From the human T2T-CHM13v2.0 reference genome, Homo sapiens: a stretch of DNA of 64,000 bases. The stretch is from assembly GCF_009914755.1 (NCBI RefSeq), contig NC_060928.1, one strand, 5' to 3'. The notes below the pieces were generated by a model. That model was given only the letters and a program-made list of their open reading frames with translations, ran no database searches and was not told the origin of the DNA. The position numbers were made by a program, and so were the translations under genes. Positions within the stretch are counted from its first letter, which is position 1. Each line of letters begins with the position of its first letter. Of the stretch, positions 56,038 through 64,000 are shown one piece after another.

Positions 56038-56041
<4 letters not shown>

Positions 56042-56123
<82 letters not shown>

Positions 56124-56128
56124 TGTGT
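56042..56128. repeat. Compound (TC)n(TG)n microsatellite
   Basis: ~32 TC units followed by ~11 TG units. Confidence 0.97.
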
Positions 56129-58699
56129 AGGGAGAGAGAGACAAATATTTTAACTTAGGTGGTAAAGAAGTAAGAAAGAAATTGGACTGTGCAGTCTACG
56201 AAGCTCTGTCTTGCCCAAGTATTCTACGATCCTGATAGTGTACAGTTTTAGAATCGCTTGCCTACTAATTGAAATATGGGGACAGAGTGGCTGAGTGCTG
56301 TTGTTCTCTGGTGGCTCTTTGGCAGCCAGGCCTCAAGAATAGAGTGGGTAGTGGGTTTCTTCTGAGTTCTGCATGTGACGATTTCAATGTGGGACCTCTT
56401 TGCGGCGATTCACCGAAGAGCTGAAGCAGATTGCTAGGAAAGGGTGCTGTGGAGATTCTCTGCTAATGGCATCTCTATTTTCAGGATTCAGTAAGGTTGT
56501 TAGGCTATGTCAGAATCCAGTCCTACACTCCCCCTAAATCATCCTTCCTAAAATACCCAGCAATACATTTGTGGTTTTCAAAAGATCATTATTAAGGCAT
56601 CTAGATGTTTGCTTTGCTTTTGTAGTTTGTGATACTATACTTAGAGCTATAGATTTTAAAATATCATTATAAAAGTATCTGGAAGTTTGCCTTAATTTTT
56701 GTGTGTTTGTGTGTGCAAGAGAGAGAGAGAGACAGACTGTAGTCTACAGTCTACCTTTTGTCCATACGTTAAAAAGACTAAAGAGCTATCTATAGAAGAT
56801 GTAAGTTCTAAATTACTGTGGCAATGCACAATTTTTGTTGGTCTTTTTCTTTTTTTAGTTCAAATGATTATGTTTGATTTCTTATACTAGCATTATTTGT
56901 GGGAGAAATCCCTTGGAACAAAGCGCTTATCACTTTCTCTGTTATCAAGGCCATTGCCTCATTAGGATCACTGTATTTTATTTAAAATATTAAGTCAATT
57001 CAATTCTATTCATGGTATCTCAATGTGTTCAAGGCAAAGTGAATGTTGCTTGGGCATAAACTTTCTCTTCTTGTAAGGACTGGTGATAGCTTATTAGGGC
57101 TGGATGCAAGGAAAGAGACAGAAAGGCTAGAGAGATGGTTGCTGTCAAATCAAATGTTCACAGTTTTGAATAACATGCACAAAATTAATTTGGGAGTTGA
57201 AGGAAAACTTAAATTTTCAAAGAAAAGAAAATTTCGGCGAGTGCTTGAACCATGCTCCTTAAAATGGGAATGCTACAAAGCAGTTCTGTAGACAATAACA
57301 CATTTTGGCTTTTTGTGAAATATCTACATATTTAGGTTTTTCATAATTCTATATAGAGTAAAAATCTAACAGGCAGAAATAGTGCAAAAAAACAGTCTAA
57401 TGTTATTAAGAACAATAAAAAATTGAATAACTTTATAATTCCCGATAAATATCCTTATATTGACATATTTAGTCACTTCTGAGATATGTTCAAACATGTT
57501 TAGTATTTGGTTAGCTGGTTGAACTATACGCAAACCCCAAATTTTAAAGATAAATAACAGGAATATTCATTATCAAAACTTGTCATTGACGGTTAAGCTC
57601 AATGGCACGAAAATCTGTTTTGTTTTAAAAAATAAACCAAATTTTTAAAAGCCCAAGTAATCAGTAACATAAGCTTGTTTTTAAAATGTTTGTATATCTT
57701 TTAATTTATATTCTAAATATATGTGATGGGAGGCAAACATTTCTAACACTGAGTTATAGCATAACACTCTGCAAAGTATATTTTCAAGAGATTATAAACA
57801 GAAACAAATTTATCCAAACAGAAAACCCCACTGTGTGTGCAGATAGCTTTACAAAAAGAATGTGAGCACTTCTTCTTTATGAAACTCTCTCTTTTGGGAC
57901 ATGTACTTATCTGGCCCTGTCTCAGGACATACTTTTGGCAAATCACTTTGAAAAATCCTCATATAAAGGAGTGGGGAGAAATTTTTGTTTTACAAAAAAT
58001 CTTACCTGCAATTGAAAAATTACTCACATTTTGAAAATAATTAAGAAAAAAATGTTCAGACTGTTTATCCTTTATATGTTTTAATATAGTTAGAAATTTA
58101 TTTTTTCTTCAAATCTTATGCACCACTATAGTATGTGTTCTACTGAATTTAGTTCAAAGTTTCAAATAATTGTTCATTAAAATTGAGGTGACATTGTATA
58201 ATCCTTCATTTCATAAGGCCAAAATGAATTTAATAATTCTTATCTATTATTGGATATGTGTTCTTTAAGATTTTGAATAAAAATGTATTATTTACACAAA
58301 GCACATTTCAGATAATATAATTCTTATCCCTTAGTGCCATCAGTAAGGTTTTTAAAATGTTTCAAATAGAAGAATTCCAGAAACATAGGTATTTCTAAAG
58401 GGGGAAAAAGATTTTAATGTGTTTGAATATGTATACTTGAGAATAAATGCTCCTTCCTATATATGAAAACTGGTAATATCTTTATTAAAATATGCTTAAT
58501 CACTTAATCTTTAAATTGATTTTAAGCCCTTTCTAGGAATTTTAAACACAGACATGCTTATAGAAGTTAGTGTGCTCTAGATAAATCTATTAAGTAGGCG
58601 ATATTAAAAAATCCTTATTTTGGAATTGTATATTTTAAGGGAGGTTTCTGAAAGATGACAATGAGATAAAATATTCATTATGCATGAACTTTGCCATTA

Positions 58700-58900
58700 G
58701 CTGGACGTAGCACATATGTAGCTTACATGTGTCAAGCCCTTGCTATGTGCCAGGAAAATTTGCAAGTGCTTTGCTAGTATTATCTCTTCAAATGTTCCTC
58801 AAAACCTAAACAGTAGGTATGAAAAAATCCTCATTTTAGAGATGAGGAAATTGTGGCACAGAAAGGCTACATTGCTTGCCAATGGTTAAGCTACAAAAAA
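58700..58900 (-). mobile_element. MIR
   Basis: CTATGTGCCAGG...CCTCATTTTAGAGATGAGGAAATTGTGGCACAGA. Confidence 0.75.
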
Positions 58901-59144
58901 TGATGAGATTTGATTTTTCTTCTTCCTTATTGGTGGAAACAGGTGCCCGAGAGGATAAAAGTAGGTTAAAGTGGTCCCAAAAGGAAAGATTATTTAAAAT
59001 AAATACCATAGTTTGTACCCAACCTTGATTTCATTATTGGTCTGGGGTTCACCCTGGACATCAGGATTTATAAACATTCCAAAGGGAATTCTGATGTGTG
59101 GTCAAGATTCACAACCACTGCTATAGAAAGTTAAGGCCAAAAAA

Positions 59145-59393
59145 TTCTGATGTTCTACTGCACAGCAGGGTACTATAGTTGATAATAACGTATTGTATAT
59201 TTCAAAATAGCTAAAAAAAAAAGGAGTTTAAATGTTCTCGTCACAAAGAAATGATAAATATTTGAGGTGATGGATATGCTAATTAGCCTGATTTGATCAT
59301 TCCACAATGTATACATGTATCACTACATCACGTTGTACCCCATAATACATGCAACTATTATTTGTCAATTAAAAATAAAATAAAACTTAAAAA
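59145..59393 (+). mobile_element. L1MA 3' end
   Basis: GTATTGTATATTTCAAAATAGCTAAAA...TGAGGTGATGGATATGCTAATTAGCCTGATTTGATCATT...CAATTAAAAATAAA. Confidence 0.85.
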
Positions 59394-61934
59394 AGAAGAT
59401 ATATATATATATGAATATATATTATATATATTTTGCTGGTTCATGAAATCATCATCATCAATCATCTAAGATTCTTTACTGCTCTGATGTTCTATAATTG
59501 TCATGAAAATTCAAGAAGAGGTTAAAAAAAAAAGTGAGGCCAGATAGGTCCCCATAGGGCTTGACGGGTGGTGGCACATTATGTCCCTTCCGCCCTTCCC
59601 CACTGCCTCTCTCCTAGTCAAGTTAAGAGGAAGATCAGAGAGAGGCTAAAAATTATCTGAGTTTTTGGCACTGTGAGCAGGTCATAATAGTGGTGGGAGG
59701 GTTTTCCCTTTCTGAAGCCAGAATGGATGGGCTGCCTGGGTCAGCGGGAGTGGGGAAGAGGAGGTATTGGGAAGCTCCAAAATGATTACTGTAAAGATCA
59801 GGGGAACTGGCAAGAGGGGAGACTAGCAGTTTATTTCCTGGTAGCTTGTCTTCTCCATCCGTGGACTTGCTAGCCTGCCTAGTGCCTTCATAAGTGGGAG
59901 TGGGTGGACGTGTTGGGGGAACGTCAGGGGAACAAAACTGGAGAAAGATGCAGGGGGAAGGAGAGTAGGAGAAAAGGGAGGAAGAAGAGAGAGAGAGATA
60001 ATATGATTTGCTTTAAAAACAATTGCCTTTGTTTAATACTCAGTAAAAGTTCAGAGTTCTTATTCTAAGTTGAGAATTCTATATTCTGACAGTAATATTC
60101 AAGAAACACTTCTCTAGGCTAACTGAAACTATACATCTGCCTAATAGCAAAAAGCATCCCAGGTTACTAAAGTCTGATTCACATTTTAAAAAAAAAAAAA
60201 GAAGAAAAAGAAAGAGGAAGAATATACACTTCTTGTTATGCCCAGTCAAATTTTCATTCATTTTGCCTAGAAATATTAGTTTCAACATGATCATCAATGG
60301 AAGTCACATGAGTTGGTGATAAGTTTTCATGACTAACATACATAAAGAACACGTGATTGATATGAACCTGTGTGATGTAAATGATTTTTTTTAAGGAGTG
60401 TCAACTCATTCCATTATAAACATATATTTCTTCCAGTAACTGCTTTCAACATGATAAAGATGAATCCCTTTGTTAGTAACATTTTGGGCAGATCTCATCT
60501 TTTCTGGTGGCTTTTGGTTATTAAAACAGTCAACTTTAATTAAAGCTTCAGTCAACTATCTGACTCTAAACTCTTTCCCTAGTCACTGTGGCCAGGCTTG
60601 TGGCTCCAGGGTGTGGCATGGAAAGGAGGGTACCTGCTCTTTACCCATATCCCTCTAGCCCCTCCATGGTTGAGGGAAGGAGGAAAGATGTGAAGAGGAA
60701 AGGGGCAGATAGATATATTTATTCATAACTGAATGAGGTGGCGTTTCTCTCTTCTTTGGGTGTTGTGCTTCTTTGGTTAATGTGAGGACCCATTAATGTC
60801 CTCTCTGAGGCTGGTGTCCAAATTCTGGAGCATGTGTATGGTTTCTTCCGGGAGAGCTAGAGGGCCTCATTAGTGCACAGTCCCCTAACACAGGAAATCA
60901 GGCTTCTGATAATCTCTTCTGTACCCCCTACAAGCCCATTGGTTCATCAAGATACCAGCTTTCTCCTGCTAGACTCTGGTTGAGTTTGGCCTTTCTGGGT
61001 AGGGCCTTGGCAAGATGGTTCAAATCTAGCCACCTTTTAAGATAGTCACTCATCCACAGGAAATGCAAGGATCCTTGCCTTGCCAAATGGGGACATCAGT
61101 ATGCAGTGTCATTGTGACATACACATTATACCTAACTGGATATTTTGCATATTTTTCATAGCAATCTTCTTAATGTAGCTTCCAAAATAACTTCTCTCTG
61201 TCAGTTAATTAGTGTTTAAGAATATAAACGAATTTATATATTTGGCTAAAAATACTTCACATGTGTATATCTTATAATTTCCAAAGTGTGTCTTAATATA
61301 TGTTATCTCTTTTAATATTAATTCGGTTGATAAAGTTTTATAATTCTCAGTTTATAGATTAAAAAAACTGATCCTGAAAAATAAATTAATTGCAAAAGCA
61401 TTATATAAAGAAGCCCAAAGTTAAATATAATTCTTTCCCTCTGTTAGGGGCATCAAGCTACTCCCCTGCGTCAGCCTGGATAAAAAGAACAGGCTGTCAC
61501 TTAGTATTGTTGAAAATTGCAATGACTTTAATACAGAGTTTGTATGAAATAGAATCTCACTAAATCTAACCTTAATCCTTGAAAACATTGATAACAAACT
61601 ATTCTTTTTTTTAATGGGCCTAAGGAAAATGATTACAGGAACACATCTGTAAGATAATGTGCAATGGGAGAAAGACTGAAAATGGAACCAGTCTGCTTAT
61701 CAATAAACCTGAAGAATATATGGACTCCAAGTTTATTGTGTCTTTTCTAACAGATTCGTGATGAAACTGAATGCAGTGAGGTTCTTATAAAAGCAAATGG
61801 AGAATTTCTGAAACAGATTCATTAAAGAATTCTGAAGAGTAAACACCTTCATGAAGTTAAAAGACTCATCTCAGAAAGAAAATAATGTCTGCTCTTTTGA
61901 GGGATATTTCATTATTTGACAACCTCAATGAGAA

Positions 61935-62321
61935 CATGTTTGTGGTTTTGGATTACTTTAGGCACCTAGTGTTTCTAAATCGTCTATCATTCTTTTCTGT
62001 TTTTCAAAAGCAGAGATGGCCAGAGTCTCAACAAACTGTATCTTCAAGTCTTTGTGAAATTCTTTGCATGTGGCAGATTATTGGATGTAGTTTCCTTTAA
62101 CTAGCATATAAATCTGGTGTGTTTCAGATAAATGAACAGCAAATTGTGGTGGAATTACCATTTGGAACATTGTGAATGAAAAATTGTGTCTCTAGATTAT
62201 GTAACAAATAACTATTTCCTAACCATTGATCTTTGGATTTTTATAATCCTACTCACAAATGACTAGCTTCTCCTCTTGTATTTTGAAGCAGTGTGGGTGC
62301 TGGATTGATAAAAAAAAAAAA
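61935..62321 (+). pseudogene. Possible retrocopied mRNA 3'-UTR fragment (parent not identified)
   Basis: Non-repeat, 3'-UTR-like sequence ending abruptly in A12 at 62310-62321; no clear TSD; 5' boundary uncertain. Confidence 0.4.
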
Positions 62322-62362
62322 TGAAGGATGACCTTTCCTGAACAGAATTATGGATTTATGTC

Positions 62363-62729
62363 TGTATTAGTTCATTTTCACACTGCTACAAAGAACTGTT
62401 TGAGACTGGGTAATTTATAAAGGAAAGAGGTTTAATTGACTCACAGTTTCACATGGCTGGGGAGGCCTCAGGAAACTTAGAATCATGGGAGAAAGTGAAG
62501 GGGAAGCAAGGCACATCCTACATGGCATCAGGAGAGAGAAAGAGTGAGTCGGGGACTGCCAAACACTTTCAAACCATCAGATCTTGTGAGAGCTCACTCA
62601 CTATCATGAGAACAGCATGGGGGAAACCACCCCCATGATCCAATCCCCTCCCACCAGTTCCCTCCCTCAACATGTGAGGATTGCAATTTGAGATGAGATT
62701 TCAGTGGGGACACAGAGCAAACCATATCA
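62363..62729 (-). mobile_element. THE1/MST MaLR solo LTR
   Basis: TGTATTAG...GAGACTGGGTAATTTATAAAGGAAAGAGGTTTAATTGACTCACAG...AAACCATATCA. Confidence 0.9.
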
Positions 62730-62944
62730 ATATTTTATGTGATTCTACCTATAGATACTCCCCCTTCCTTCACCCCTCTTCCTTCATCCTGTTTAACAGA
62801 ATTTACCTTCTTGAATTTCACCTTTTCAGGACATGTTATTTTTATCCTAGGAAATCTGTAATCATGACCAATGAGTGTCATTTAACCCCAAATATCTTGT
62901 CGCCTTTAATAGTATCTTCTGGAGAAAATTTTATTTAAGAAACT

Positions 62945-63150
62945 CATATATGATGTTTACTAGGTGCCAGGCACTTCTTGAATCACCTTTTAAATATAAT
63001 GACAGAACTCTGAGGTTACCCTTAGTTAAGATCCCCATTACAGGGGCACAAAGAGGTTAAGTGACTTCTCCAGGTCACATGGGTATGTATGATCAGAGCT
63101 GGGGTTCACATCTAAAGAGCCTGGAACCAGGGCTTGTGTTCTAAGCTCCT
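62945..63150 (-). mobile_element. MIR
   Basis: TACTAGGTGCCAGGCAC...AGAGGTTAAGTGACTTCTCCAGGTCACA. Confidence 0.7.
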
Positions 63151-63869
63151 AGACATGTCACTTTTGGGTCTAGTGTAGTTTGAACAGCCAGTTAGGACGG
63201 GAAGACAGCATCTCAACAAGAGCATGCTGGAGAGATTTTTGTGACCCCTTAAACCAAACCTGCTTTTCTTGTTCTGACATTAAGTATAATCTCAATTACT
63301 TAATGTCAAATCATTTTATTTGAAACTTTTATTTCCAGAACGAATAATTTAGGAAATAAAATAGAAGTAGGCTAGAAACATTTATAATTCTGCTTTCTGA
63401 AGGATGATAATTTTCTATTTTCTTAGCAAGATTTTCCATGTCTTCTTGAAAACTATGGCATGATACCTTGTTTTTGAAGCAAAAACCTTCAAGCAGCTGA
63501 CCATTTTTGAGAATTTTGTCATGCAGTTCAAGACATATCAGAGGTGAAATTATTAAGAGGTTATAAATCCAATGTGTTTTGCTGGCAGTCTAGATACTGA
63601 TTTTCTACCTCCTCAGTAGCCCCTATTCCATTTCCTGCTCTGTGTTCCTGCTCCCACCACCTCGGCTCAGGTCCTTATTTTTGTCTCTTAGATAATTATA
63701 TTGGCCCTGTAACTGGTCTCCTTGTTTCTGGTTTCACATTCCTTGAGTTCATGCTACAGAGAGCTGCCAGAGAGATTTTTCTAAATCACCTGTTATATCA
63801 CTGCTTAAAATACTTCAAAGGCTCCCCATCACTGTCATCGAGATAACCATAACATTGGTTTTATCTTAT

Positions 63870-64000
63870 GTGCAGACATGGGTTAAGCACTTTAGGAATT
63901 ATTTTGTTACTAATATTCCTACAATCATTTTTTTTAACAGTGGAGGAAACTGAGGCTTAGAGAAGTTAAGTAAAAAATTGAAGATCATATAGTTAGTAAA
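63870..64000 (-). mobile_element. MIR (runs off window)
   Basis: GAGGAAACTGAGGCTTAGAGAAGTTAAGTAA. Confidence 0.7.

Larger units (their letters stand above)
54486..64000 (+). other. SYNPO2: SYNPO2 intron 1 (continues beyond window)
   Basis: Follows donor; no continuation of PDZ coding sequence recognised in window. Confidence 0.85.

Overview
Human (primate) genomic DNA; not microbial. It carries the CpG-island promoter and non-coding first exon of a minus-strand gene at ~1.3-1.6 kb, which I read as SEC24D from locus context. About 52 kb of repeat-dense sequence follows (Alu, L1, L2, MIR, MaLR/ERV LTRs, hAT and Tigger DNA-transposon fossils). Then comes the first coding exon of SYNPO2 on the plus strand (54381-54485, MGTGDFICISMTGGAPWGFRLQGGKEQKQPLQVAK, start of the PDZ domain) and the start of its intron 1. 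Almost all ORFs in the supplied track are repeat-derived or chance. I found no convincing wholly new biological system. The leads most worth checking are: a candidate L2-derived alternative first exon (MVTQ, phase-0 donor) ~38 kb upstream of SYNPO2 exon 1; a sense-oriented LTR12 with 9 CCAAT boxes 10 kb upstream of SYNPO2; an in-frame uORF abutting the SYNPO2 start; a duplicated UPRE/CREB3-type motif and a possible spliced antisense transcript at the SEC24D promoter; a ~240-bp local templated insertion; a twin-primed L1; a fossil hAT-Blackjack transposase; and a possible 3'-UTR retrocopy. Repeat subfamily names and boundaries are by-eye recognition, not RepeatMasker output.
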